This document shows, piece by piece, positions 1-13,230 of a stretch of DNA of 64,000 nucleotides; the first letter of the stretch is position 1, and each line of letters begins with the position of its first letter. The notes beneath the pieces are model-generated. The model searched no databases. It was not told where the DNA came from and saw only the letters and a program-made list of their open reading frames with translations. Source of the stretch: Octopus bimaculoides (lineage: Eukaryota); assembly GCF_001194135.2 (NCBI RefSeq), contig NC_068992.1, positions 21,283,529 through 21,347,528 on the forward strand, in the 5' to 3' direction. The position numbers were made by a program, and so were the translations under genes.

Positions 1-33
1 TATATATAAATATAGATATATATATATGTACAT

Positions 34-90
<57 letters not shown>

Positions 91-486
91 AGAGAGAGAG
101 AATAGACTTATATTTAAGTAGTAACGCCCACGTCAGCTTATTGCGTGAATATTTACTCTGCTATATGTCTCTATGCATTCAGCTATCATAAATTATATTT
201 GATGTTCGAAATGAAGCACTTAATGCATATATTCTCAAAGGAAGAATACTAATAGTATTGATTTCTAACACAACCCACAACTCTTCAAACTTGAGGAACG
301 TATAAAGTTGATTACATCAACCTCAGAATATTACTGTTACTTTTGAACATCGATGACACATGAATTGACCAATTGCAAAAGTTAAATCCTGTACAATTTT
401 GAATTCAAGATGTAAAGATCTATAATTAAGTTTCGTATAGCATTTTATCCGCCGCTCAACCATTGCTGTTAATCTGTCACTTTATG

Positions 487-1340
<854 letters not shown>

Positions 1341-1433
1341 ACAAGTTCTATATTTTTCTGACACATTCTCTTCATATATGTTTTATTAAGTTTTTTTTTT
1401 TTGTTTTTACCGCTTGATCTCGGGCTGCTACAC

Positions 1434-1740
1434 TTATTATTATTATTCTTTTGACTTCTCGTCTTCACAGGTTTTGTTGGAGCTCCTAGAGTCACGCATG
1501 CGTAGCGGGCTTACTACCTGCAATCTACGGTACCATGCTATTCGTTCTTTCAGTTAATACTTTCCTGATTATTCCGGTCATGTCAAGGAGGTAAACGTTT
1601 TGTAACTGTTCCACTGGGTACTCTATTCCAATTTCCTTTATATTCCTCTCGATGCCTTCTGATACTGTTACCAAGGACCCAACAATTATTGGCACTATCT
1701 TCACCATCATAATTTACAATAGCCGGGCTATTTCTTACTT
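1434..1740 (-). mobile_element. Second REL-type non-LTR retrotransposon 3' remnant (different subfamily)
   Basis: ORF 1525-1710 reads VKIVPIIVGSLVTVSEGIERNIKEIGIEYPVEQLQNVYLLDMTGIIRKVL, followed by a short UTR and an (AAT)n tail at about 1434-1448. Confidence 0.75.
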
Positions 1741-2099
1741 AAACGGGTTATATCTATCTATCTTTTCGCATTTCTCCTTGACTATTCGTGGGTAAAAGGG
1801 GCATGCAGCATCAACTATATAGCATATGTGGTGCATATTGTCCACCACCACTAAGTCTGTTCTGTTACAATCAAGCACTTGATCTGATTATTATTATTAT
1901 TTTGTTTGACTTTTTCTTTGCATTTCTATTCTTTGAATACTATTGAGATGGTTAAACGACAATGGATTAAATGTGGTGAATTTGTGATTGACAATAGACA
2001 TAGAATACATCTCAGAGGAAGTTTACGTAAATATGAAAATTGTCAAAACATCATGGCGCATAAATATAATTTAAAATATGTAATATTTTACAGCACATT

Positions 2100-3300
2100 T
2101 TCTATCAATTATACACAATTGAAATTGTAGCAAAGCTATTATCCATCTCTCAGTGATGCAGATTTATTTTCTATATAGTGATTCTAATAATGAAGAACTG
2201 GAAAATTTCTGTCAAGGTATCGGAAGATATTTGTTGATCAAAGGAAAGGAAATGCCATAATTGTAATTTAAATTGACGAGAATGTAAAGTTTAGATCAGG
2301 AGATTTTGATATTCGGAAAGGTATCATTTGGTAAATAGATCTCAGAAGAACTAAAACAGTGCAATAAAATTGTTAAAATTTGCAAACAACTTAAATTGAC
2401 TGCAGCAAAAATAATATGTCAGTACAAGCCGTCAAAATCCAATCACATGGCATTCATTTCGAGGAATATATAATAATGAAATCGATTTTATTGTCATATT
2501 TAAAATATAAATGAATGAAAAATCAAGTTTTCCTAGCACGAGTTATAGACAGCGTTCACAGACCTTGGAATATTACAACAGAAATAATGTTCAAATCGGT
2601 GAGACAGGAAAACTTAAGCTCAAATCAATCAAGCTGAATATAAATCACATTGAAGCAAAATTTAAATTACAGATAGAAGAGAAATGTTCAAGAATTAACA
2701 CTCAATCTTTAACGAATTAGTAATAACACCCAATAAAATTATTCATATATGAGGGACATTAAAGGATCTGATAAATGACGATACTTTCATTAGTTATAAT
2801 AACAAAAGTGTAAAACAGAAAGCCAAAAAAATAAATATGGAAATACCAGTGAATGTTGGAAATCAAAAAGAACGTTGATACCAAAAGATGTGAAAAAATG
2901 AAAAAAAAAAACAAGCATAAACAATGTAACTCAATAAATTCAAGGCAAATACTAAGATTGAAGCAGGAATAGGAGCCTAAATATCAAGTTATTGAAGATA
3001 AATATGTTAATCAACTAACGAAATAAAAAAAGCCCTTGGGAATTTTTTCGAAACAACGATTTTCTAATGGGGAGTGCCAGACACAAACTACTAGGTAACG
3101 TGCCTTCGATAAATCTAGAGGTGGAGAAATTTATATCAAGGAAATAAATATGACGTGAAGTATGTGTCTTATTAAGAGGTGAGCGGTGATATACGGGGGT
3201 CTGGAATCTATGGATTATAGGGAAGTTATAGGGGATTTCTCCAACGAGTTCATTTTAGTTGTTGGTACCTATGGATGTATAGTGTCTGGGAATTAGCAAA
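2100..3300 (+). mobile_element. Possible very old, decayed non-LTR retrotransposon remnant
   Basis: Only scattered weak motifs (ELENFCQGIG; FILVVGTYGCIV resembling the REL VPIVIGALG motif), with many stops. Confidence 0.3.
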
Positions 3301-3479
3301 AAATTTTAAGTTGCACATCGATTATAAAACACAATCATGAACAAGGAAAAACGTCTAAGCGTGGTAAGTGAATCTCTCATCATCAGACTGCTTTCAGCTT
3401 TATCAAACTGTTGCCTTCTGCTCGTCTTTGAAGTGTAGACTTACTACCGAATCAATCTTGGGTAGAATTATGTCGAATT

Positions 3480-4090
3480 ATCAAAAGTGGTTTCTGTATA
3501 ATCATATCCAATGAAAACGGCAAGTAACACTCAATTGAAAGGGAAAATGCACTCCAAACCAAAACTATATCTGACAAAATGTTGTCGTCTATCGTGAAGT
3601 ATTAAACCAAAACGAAAGATTCAATGAGAAGTAATGCTGTCAATTGAAGTTGTTGCACAAATATTTGCAGAAAATATAAACACCGAGCTTTGTTCAGTCA
3701 CAAAGATGTCTCACTCTTACACGATAATGCAAGACCACATATGGTCTAAGCTACTCAGCAAAACATCAGAGCACTAATATATGGACGTTTTACTTCAGCG
3801 TATTATCCTACTCTTGCTCTATTTAACAATATCCCAATTCATTGTAATGTTATTTAGAAAAGGAACAGTTTAATAATGTGAAGAATTTAAAAATGGTATT
3901 CAGTGTTTCTTTGCTGGGAAACCTGAGGAATGTTACGGCCGAATTATCACCAATTTGTGAAATAGATGGAATTGTGTTATCAATAATTAGGGCAAATATT
4001 GTCTTCATTAAATACATCAATTAAGAACAAAGAATTATTGATAGCTTCCTCATCTTGAATTGCGAGGTGATTTCCTTTCCAGTTTAATAT
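3480..4090 (+). mobile_element. mariner transposase remnant (C-terminal half) with 3' end
   Basis: LLHDNARPH at 3714-3740 and FFAGKPEECYGRIITNL*NRWNCVINN*GKY, both characteristic of mariner. Ends in a TIR-like sequence followed by TA at about 4090. Multiple stops. Confidence 0.8.
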
Positions 4091-5035
4091 GTTAAGGATT
4101 AAATAGAAAGGAAGAAAAAAATTAGAAATTTATTTCAAGAAGATATATTCGTGATGGATTCATTGGAAGCCATAACGGAAGAATAAATAAATAAATATTT
4201 AAAAAACCCAAAATAAAAAAAAAGAACAGAAATATTAAATGTAACGAAAATGACAAGTTTGATGTTAACTTTACAAAGAAAATTTATTGTCACAATATAA
4301 ACATAAATATATTTTAAGATGCATTGCTTCAGTTGCATTGTATCATTATACTGTTGCAGTGCAATAGAATAAAATGTGCGTGTGCGTGTGCGTGTGTGTA
4401 TGTGTGTGTGTTTGTGTGTGTGTGCATGCGAGTATGTGTATGTGTGAGCGTGTTCACGTGCGTGTATAGTAACAAGAAAACAAATAGCATCAAAATACCA
4501 AAAATAACCTCATCATCAACAACAACAACAACAACAACAGCAATAATAATAACAACAACAACAATAATAATAATAATAGTGTTGTTAACAATAATTCCAA
4601 CTGTACATTGTAGAGAAAGTTAATTTAACTTAGTCGTAAAAACCAAAATTCCTTTTAGCTTTCTGTATACATTCCGTTTTCAAAAACATTTTCCGTTTTT
4701 CATTCATTGTTCGTTCATTTCTTGCATTGACATTTGTTTTCTCCTCACATATGTTTTATTTTGAGTTTTCTTAATTTCAAATTGATAATTTTGAGGTTTT
4801 TGTCTTTGTCTGAATATACATTCGTTGCTTTAGTACGTTATTTTCTGTTTTTATTGCTTGTTTCTTACATTATTTTTTTTCTTTTTCGTTTTCTTATAAG
4901 TTTTTTTTTTTTTATATATATAAATTTTACGATTTTCGCCTTTTCTATTTCATTTTCTATTTTCGTTCATATTTTCATTCTAAACTCTATGCAGATGGAT
5001 ATTTTCGTCAGAGGGATTCAATTAAATATAGTAGC

Positions 5036-5099
<64 letters not shown>

Positions 5100-6110
5100 A
5101 AAATAATAATAATAACAACAACAAAAATAAAAATATTGAAAAACAACAACAATAACAACTACAACAATAATAATAATAATAACAACAACAATAATAAAAA
5201 TGATAATGACAACAACAACAATGCTAATAATAATGAAAGTAATAATGAAGTTCAATACATAGAATGATAACAACGACAGCATGTCCAACATTAACGTTAT
5301 TAACTGAATAACCCAAAATAATACAAAACAAAGACAACAAAAACAACGGCAACAACAAAAATTACAATATTGATAATATTAAGTTAAATACCAAAATTAG
5401 ATTTACCATTCTGTCAGGTCTTTATGTTAATTATATAAAGTCAAATGATTGTGAATGATAATATATATATATATATATATATATATANNNNNNNNNNNNN
5501 NNNNNNNNNNNNNNNNNNNNNNNNNNNNNNNNNNNNNNNNNNNNNNNNNNNNNNNNNNNNNNNNNNNNNNNNNNNNNNNNNNNNNNNNNNNNNNNNNNNN
5601 NNNNNNNNNNNNNNNNNNNNNNNNNNNNNNNNNNNNNNNNNNNNNNNNNNNNNNNNNNNNNNNNNNNNNNNNNNNNNNNNNNNNNNNNNNNNNNNNNNNN
5701 NNNNNNNNNNNNNNNNNNNNNNNNNNNNNNNNNNNNNNNNNNNNNNNTATATATATATATAAAGAAATGATGTAAACGTAGTAAAAGACAAGAGAACGCA
5801 TAATATGAACAACACCAACAATAATAAAACAACATTATTAACAATAATAAGGGACATGTTCGTAATAATGAACTGTAAGTTTGGTACAAAAATACATATT
5901 TCAACCGATTGAGTCTTATTGTTTTTTTTTTGTTTTTGGTTTTTTCGTTTCCTATTGAATCGACTAGAGTACAATTCCAGCAAGGTTTATTCATCGTAAG
6001 AAGGAAAAGTAACTCTGGACTGTAAATAATTCATCTCGGCACACCGCGTCGATTCTGCTATGGCACAGAATATATTTAAGGTCGGCAGTTTAAATGAAAA
6101 ACGTCAGTAT

Positions 6111-6536
6111 TCTTTTATCTCTTAAATGTTTCAGACATTGGACTGCTGTCATACTACGGCACTGCCTAGGAAGATCTTTGCTGAATAAGTTGGCCCCAGT
6201 AATTATGCTTTTTTTCTTTTAGTTTCTTATCTTAAGTCTGCTACGTATTCTATTGGTCTCCTTAGTCCAAATGCTAGGTTACGGGGTCATAAATGAACCA
6301 ACGCCGGTTGTCAAGTGATGAGCAAGGACTAGCACAGATACAAAGACACACACATAGACAGGTATATATACATATATCGATATGACGGGCTTCCATACGG
6401 TTTCCGTCTACCAAATTCACCCAAAATGCGTCGGATGGCATCGAGCCACATTTGAAGACAATTGCTCAAGGCCGCAGAGTGGGATAAAACGGGAAACTAC
6501 CTGATGGCAAAGTGAATTTCTTAACATCACAGCCAT
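6111..6536 (-). mobile_element. tRNA-derived SINE, family A (diverged copy)
   Basis: Colinear with the full copy at 48014-48410 (ccgtctaccaaat, gacgggct, internal (CA/TA)n, cacagcca head end). Confidence 0.7.
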
Positions 6537-6619
6537 GTCTAGGATCATCAGAAGAACTTCAGAGCAAACAAGACACCAGCAACGACAATGACGAAAACAT
6601 CAATAAGACAGAAACGTAA

Positions 6620-7340
6620 AAAGGCATATAAGATGAGGACAGGTAAGTTCACCACAAGGAATATTCACCGTCATCAGTTCACCGCAGGGAAATCTCGTCT
6701 CCATCAATTTACTGCAGGGAAAGTTCGTCTTCATCAATTCATCGTGAAGAAAGTGCACCTCGAGGAAAGTTTACCGAGAAAATATATCCATAGTATCTCA
6801 CCATTAATAGTTGAAAACTATTTTATTGAAAAACCAAACGGTGTATTGATGAGAAGCAAATTAATGAGAAGCAAATTCGACCTCGGCCGAATATGAGCTC
6901 AGAATGTAAAACCAGATGAAGTATTTTGCCCGTTGTGCTAACGATTCTGCTAGTTCACCGCCTTAATCTGCCGGAACACATTAAGAATAAATATGCAAAT
7001 CATCACTTTAGACTTCGCTATTCACAGTGAAAATAATGCTCCGTTGACAGACCTAAGCACTAATCAGAGAACAGCATGTTCGCTGAAGTTATGAACAAAG
7101 TCATCGGCTGTTGTTTAGATTACATTCAGTAGTCCGAGTACATATGCCTGATGAGACACATCATGTCGAAACAATAGTGTTCCAGAATCTTTTGCAGAAA
7201 TGCATCGCATGTTCTATACAGGCATAGTTGCTGCGAAAATAAGTTATCTTCCTGTGACGAACACAACACTGATTAGCATAATTACCTTCGAATCTGCCGG
7301 AAATTATTAAAAATAAATACTGTAAGCCATCTTCTCAGGT
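6620..7340 (+). mobile_element. MULE/Mutator-like DNA transposon remnant with 30-bp subterminal tandem repeats, interrupted by a SINE head
   Basis: About 3.5 copies of a ~30-bp unit (ttcaccgtcatcagttcaccgcagggaaat) at 6645-6750. Frameshifted peptides TDL..ALI, KVIGCCLDYIQ and SYLP resemble MULE D..ALI..GC.FH..Q..LAFLP. A family B SINE head lies on the minus strand at about 6874-6963. Confidence 0.45.
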
Positions 7341-7493
7341 CTCAATGATTACATTGCAAATAACGATTTATGTGTGAGTGTGTGTGCTTGTAAGTATGAA
7401 TATATATATGGATGTGTGTGAGCGTTTGCTGATATATACATACATACAGGCATATATAAATATATATGCATGTATATATATATACATATATGC

Positions 7494-7594
<101 letters not shown>

Positions 7595-8269
7595 TCATAC
7601 AATTTTGCACAATTCGATTTTCAATCGAAACTGAATAAAACTGAAATACGTACAGATATAAATATTTACTACCCAGTTGCGCATAAACATATACGCTATC
7701 GCTTGGTTTTATCTTTTTGTCTTCAAGAAAGCTTTATGAGCTTTTAAAAAGCAATAAATAACATCACGAAGTTTTCATTAGAAATTCTTAGAAAGTTTAT
7801 TTATGGGAGAGCGCATTCGTTATAAATCTAATATTTCTTCATTCAAAAAAGATATTTATTTTTATTTACTTATCTAAACTATTGCAATTAATTAGCGAAC
7901 TTCTCAGTAAAATTATTTTCATTTGTTCTTTGTAGTATGCTATTGTTGAATTTAAACTTAATCCAATTTACAACCTCATTCTCAAATTCTCAAATATAAT
8001 TATTATAGGTTAGTTAGTGTTAATATATTTAATATACAGAAAATTTTAAATTTTATAAGAAGTAACTACGTTTAAAAAAAATCAATATTTGTCAATGGCA
8101 ATATATATTCAGTTTAGCGGCAAGTACGGAATGCAATTCCGGACATAATTTCTTCTTGAACTAATTCCAGTAACAAATAGCAGCGTACCATATACCTCCA
8201 AAGTAATGATGTGTAGTCTACTGTCTTTTAACATATACAATGCTGTTGTCATTGCACTACGGACAATAT

Positions 8270-8446
8270 TCATCTTTTAAGTCTGCTAGTTACTGTATCG
8301 GGTTCTTGTGCCGAACCGCTATGTTACGGGGGATGTAAACAAGGAAACACTAGTTGTCAATCGGAGGTGAGTGACAAACACAAACACAGACAGCCATACA
8401 CGCACGCGCGCGCATACTTGCTCGCAAACGCGCATGTATGTATATG

Positions 8447-8505
<59 letters not shown>

Positions 8506-8652
8506 GATAACCATCTTTTTCAGTTTTATTGTACGAAATCCACTCACAAATGGAGATTATATTCGAAGACACTTGGCCAGGGTGTTACGCAGTGGGCCTG
8601 AATCCCGAACTATTTCTTTGGGAAGCACAATATCTACAACACAGCCACTTCA
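8270..8652 (-). mobile_element. tRNA-derived SINE, family A (diverged)
   Basis: Contains gccgaaccgctatgttacgggg, atccactcacaa, gaagacacttggccagggtgttacgcagtggg and acacagccact, plus an internal (TA)n. Confidence 0.75.
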
Positions 8653-8924
8653 CGTCAGGCATACAAAGACACATAAAGACAAGGTAAAGACTTTAAACTG
8701 AAGATTAACTCGATACCTTTAATAAAGCGCCTGATTATTAAACGTTCACAAGAAGTGTGGTTAACGTGATATCGAAGTTTAGATCCGCTAGCCTTCGTCA
8801 GACATAAAGACAGAGAAAACGCGCGCGCACGCGCGCACACACACACACACACACACAACCGGCGTATGTAGCGGTTTTCATGTGTGTTTGTGTGTAATTC
8901 CCACCTCGGCAGCAGACGGACAGC

Positions 8925-8935
8925 ATTATTATTAC

Positions 8936-8972
<37 letters not shown>

Positions 8973-9380
8973 TACTTTTAATCTGCATGTTTGCTAGAAT
9001 CACTTGTCGAGACACAGCAAGAGTCCAAGGGCGAGTGAAGGATAAGAGATGCTACAGTATCAATGAAAGCGTGGGGAAGGGAAGTGGAAGGGGAATAGTG
9101 AAATGTATTCATGTAATACAGCACAGACATTTAAATTCATAGGGTTTTTATAAGGATTAGATAGTACTTGTCAGCGCAATTTCTTGGATATCTCTGAGAC
9201 ACGGTTCTCCTGGGATATTATCTAGAATGTTTCTGACATCACTTTTTTTATCATACCTAGGGCTCTCACAATAACTGGAAAAAAGTTATTTCCCAGCAGG
9301 GATTTCACAGACAATAGATAAGACTGAAACTATATGGATATTTATATTGCAGAATATGAGTCCATTTTCCCTTACCAGCT
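8925..9380 (-). mobile_element. REL-type non-LTR retrotransposon 3' remnant with (AAT)n tail
   Basis: Minus translation gives ALGMIKK..VRNILDNIPGEPCLRDIQEIALTST. The (ATT)n tail is at about 8925-8971. Confidence 0.65.
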
Positions 9381-9518
9381 ATATAAAGGTTTTAAAAGAG
9401 ATAAACCTTTGATAAATATCAAGGAAGATGAGTGATAACAATCTATTTACAAACATCATGTTATATATACCTTTATCAGAATTATCATTAAAAAGTTTAC
9501 ATTTATTTAGAGTAGATA

Positions 9519-9563
<45 letters not shown>

Positions 9564-10319
9564 NNNNNNNNNNNNNNNNNNNNNNNNNNNNNNNNNNNNN
9601 NNNNNNNNNNNNNNNNNNNNNNNNNNNNNNNNNNNNNNNNNNNNNNNNNNNNNNNNNNNNNNNNNNNNNNNNNNNNNNNNNNNNNNNNNNNNNNNNNNNN
9701 NNNNNNNNNNNNNNNNNNNNNNNNNNNNNNNNNNNNNNNNNNNNNNNNNNNNNNNNNNNNNNNNNNNNNNNNNNNNNNNNNNNNNNNNNNNNNNNNNNNN
9801 NNNNNNNNNNNNNNNNNNNNNNNNNNNNNNNNNNNNNNNNNNNNNNNNNNNNNNNNNNNNNNNNNNNNNNNNNNNNNNNNNNNNNNNNNNNNNNNNNNNN
9901 NNNNNNNNNNNNNNNNNNNNNNNNNNNNNNNNNNNNNNNNNNNNNNNNNNNNNNNNNNNNNNNNNNNNNNNNNNNNNNNNNNNNNNNNNNNNNNNNNNNN
10001 NNNNNNNNNNNNNNNNNNNNNNNNNNNNNNNNNNNNNNNNNNNNNNNNNNNNNNNNNNNNNNNNNNNNNNNNNNNNNNNNNNNNNNNNNNNNNNNNNNNN
10101 NNNNNNNNNNNNNNNNNNNNNNNNNNNNNNNNNNNNNNNNNNNNNNNNNNNNNNNNNNNNNNNNNNNNNNNNNNNNNNNNNNNNNNNNNNNNNNNNNNNN
10201 NNNNNNNNNNNNNNNNNNNNNNNNNNNNNNNNNNNNNNNNNNNNNNNNNNNNNNNNNNNNNNNNNNNNNNNNNNNNNNNNNNNNNNNNNNNNNNNNNNNN
10301 NNNNNNNNNNNNNNNNNNN

Positions 10320-10391
<72 letters not shown>

Positions 10392-11049
10392 TTACATATA
10401 TAAACCCACATACATACATACACACACGTGCATACGCAGAGACATGCATATAAGCTATTGTTTTATAGATACATTGTATGCATCGTTCTTACACATGTCA
10501 TTGTGCATGTGTGCGTGTGATATGTGTGTGTGCATGCACGAGTGTGAGTGTGTATTTGTGTCTACAACTTTATCATCCACATTTTTGCTACGTATACGTG
10601 TGAGTCGGTACCGTAACTGAGTACACTCCAATATCTTATATGATTTATCTGTAACATTGACATAAAGCAACAAATTTTGTCAGAAATGATAGATTGTCGC
10701 ACTAATTACGTTCTGTTTTAAAATCATGCTATTGATGGCTCTTGGCATTTCGCCAGCCAGGCACAATTCAGCCATGTAGTTTGTTCGAATCAATCTCACC
10801 TGTATATTCATTTGAAACTTTGTGTCAATCTAAGAATTTATTAGCTTTTCGGTGTCTAAATATCAGTGTAATGATGCTTACCCAGAAATATTATCTCATC
10901 ACATAGCTGCGTACCGCACCGGGGTATTAATTATTTCTGAAGTATTCAGATAATTGAGCTTTTACAATCTTAATAAACGGTTGTTGCTTTAGAATAATAT
11001 CTATATTGATGTTTAAACGGTTTGACGTATTTTTCATATTTCCCCCAAA

Positions 11050-11225
11050 GCTGTAACTAGGTCTTACACATTCAAGGAGTTGTTGAGAGTTATAAATGAG
11101 TAACCCTGCGTCGAACAGGCGTCCAGTTCCGGAGGGGGGGGTGTTATTTGGGGTCACTAATTTGTCATGGAAACCGATGAAAGGCGGTATGAGAACCCGG
11201 ATCTCAGGTAGCAATGGCCATAGGT
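11050..11225 (+). mobile_element. SINE family C (CORE-like) 3' remnant
   Basis: aaatgagtaaccctgcgtcgaacaggcgtccag...catggaaaccg corresponds to the 3' part of the family seen at 16014-16268. Confidence 0.5.
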
Positions 11226-11237
11226 TTCATAATGGCG

Positions 11238-11408
11238 TTGATGATTATGTTGAGGATGATTCTGATAATGATGGCGTTGTCGATGATGATGTCGACGACG
11301 ACGATGATGATCATGATTATGGTGATGATGAGGAGGAGGAGGATGAAAATGATGACAATGAAGAGGAGGACGATGATGATGATGATAATGATGATGACGA
11401 TGACGATG

Positions 11409-11442
<34 letters not shown>

Positions 11443-11512
11443 CGATGAAGATGATAACGATCGTGGTGGTGGTGGTGGTGATGGTGATGATGACGACGAC
11501 GATGATGATAAT
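11238..11512. repeat. Compound (GAT/GAC/GAG/GGT)n trinucleotide microsatellite
   Basis: Directly visible. It explains the acidic 141-aa ORF and the Met-rich ORF in the track. Confidence 0.9.
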
Positions 11513-12384
11513 GTTTACTAAATTCGGTTACCCCTATCGTGGACCAGTTGTCTGGAAATATTTTGTGTGCAAAGATACAACGATTCCAAACTGAAAAGAC
11601 GTAAAAAAAATATCAAAATCATGCTGTTGAGTAATCAACAAACCAGTTTGTGGTAAAACTCTACTAATTTTAGTAACATCAAAAACATTCTCAAATTTGT
11701 AAATAAAGTAAAAAGAAAATGACTTTGCATAAAGTGCTCCTCGTAGAAAACAGTGATAGCTTTTTACTATAATCCCTCTCAATTGCCCAATCAGCCTGGA
11801 TTGTGCGTTTTCAATAAGGAACTACTCATTCCACTTCTAAGAACTTTTTATTCTCTTCTTTATAAATAGAGTATCACAGCTTTTTAATGCAACATTTTTA
11901 TATTTTAATTTTATACACGGATTGTGAAATAAAAAGTGGAAAAAAATCACTTCTTTATTCTTTTACTCGCCAATTGGTTAAACATTCAACCAATTAACTA
12001 CTCGACTGACTAAACGATTAATCAAGCAAGTGATTAGTTAATTCGCTAAATAGTTAACCAACAGAAGGATAAAAATTAAGAAGTGAAAGGTAACCAATGC
12101 GTTTTATTTTGTTGGCGTAATGATCCACCCGTGATACAACAAAATTCGTATAACTTGTTTTGTAATTCCTATTCTTGATATCCTTCATTAAATTAAGATT
12201 GGGTATTTTATATCATTCAGTAGTTGATAACTTTTACTGTAAGAATATTGATTTCTCAGAGTAGTTTTTTTTGTTTTTATTGTCGAAGATCTTATCAGAG
12301 TTTTTCATCCTTTGTAAGTTTTTCAGTGTTTTTGCTTCCATATATAAATTTGCATAAAGTATATTATTATAGCTAAAGGACACA

Positions 12385-12420
<36 letters not shown>

Positions 12421-12749
12421 NNNNNNNNNNNNNNNNNNNNNNNNNNNNNNNNNNNNNNNNNNNNNNNNNNNNNNNNNNNNNNNNNNNNNNNNNNNNNNNN
12501 NNNNNNNNNNNNNNNNNNNNNNNNNNNNNNNNNNNNNNNNNNNNNNNNNNNNNNNNNNNNNNNNNNNNNNNNNNNNNNNNNNNNNNNNNNNNNNNNNNNN
12601 NNNNNNNNNNNNNNNNNNNNNNNNNNNNNNNNNNNNNNNNNNNNNNNNNNNNNNNNNNNNNNNNNNNNNNNNNNNNNNNNNNNNNNNNNNNNNNNNNNNN
12701 NNNNNNNNNNNNNNNNNNNNNNNNNNNNNNNNNNNNNNNNNNNNNNNNN

Positions 12750-12796
<47 letters not shown>

Positions 12797-12959
12797 AAAC
12801 ACGCACACACATATAAATATATATATATATACATACACACGCACACACACACACACACATCTTTGATCCCTGGAGCGAAGGCGTGAGAGATATGCAATAA
12901 TCTACATATGGAAAGCACTAGAAAGGTTACTACCTAACTTCGGCATTGAGTGTTATACA

Positions 12960-13230
12960 AATACCAGAACTGACCGTCATTGTATTGTAACAAATGTACC
13001 ATCCTCTCCATCTAAATTCAGGACCAGGTACTGCAAAAGTCTAGGGTTCAAAGGCCCACACCTCTTCAATGCCCTGCTACAAAAATTAAGAAATCTACGT
13101 AAGGTGGAAGTAGATGTCTTTAAAAATTAACTAGACATCCTCCTCTCCACAATACCGGTTGAACCAACAGCCCAACAAGAGGTGCAGATGAGGACAGCTG
13201 AATCAAGCCCATTATGCACCAAATGGGCCA
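12960..13230 (+). mobile_element. CR1/L2-group LINE 3' remnant (RT C-terminal tail)
   Basis: TRYCKSLGFKGPHLFNALLQKLRNLRKVEVDVFKN*LDILLSTIPVEP matches the CR1-group C-terminal pattern (SF..GP.LFN.LP..RN....FK..LD.FL..IP). Confidence 0.75.

Noticed and set aside
4734-5291. 177-aa hydrophobic/poly-V/poly-N ORF
   Set aside because: Translation of T-rich sequence plus (GTA)n and (AAC/AAT)n microsatellites.
8771-8805. Minus-strand CTGACGA-A-GGCTAG-cggat-CTA-AAC hammerhead relic
   Set aside because: GAAA and the 3' side of stem II appear deleted, so it cannot be functional. Counted only as a possible fossil.
11096-11594. 141-aa acidic ORF and 126-aa Met-rich ORF
   Set aside because: They are a SINE remnant fused to a (GAT/GAC/GGT)n microsatellite. 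Such trinucleotide tracts lack stops in some frames by construction.
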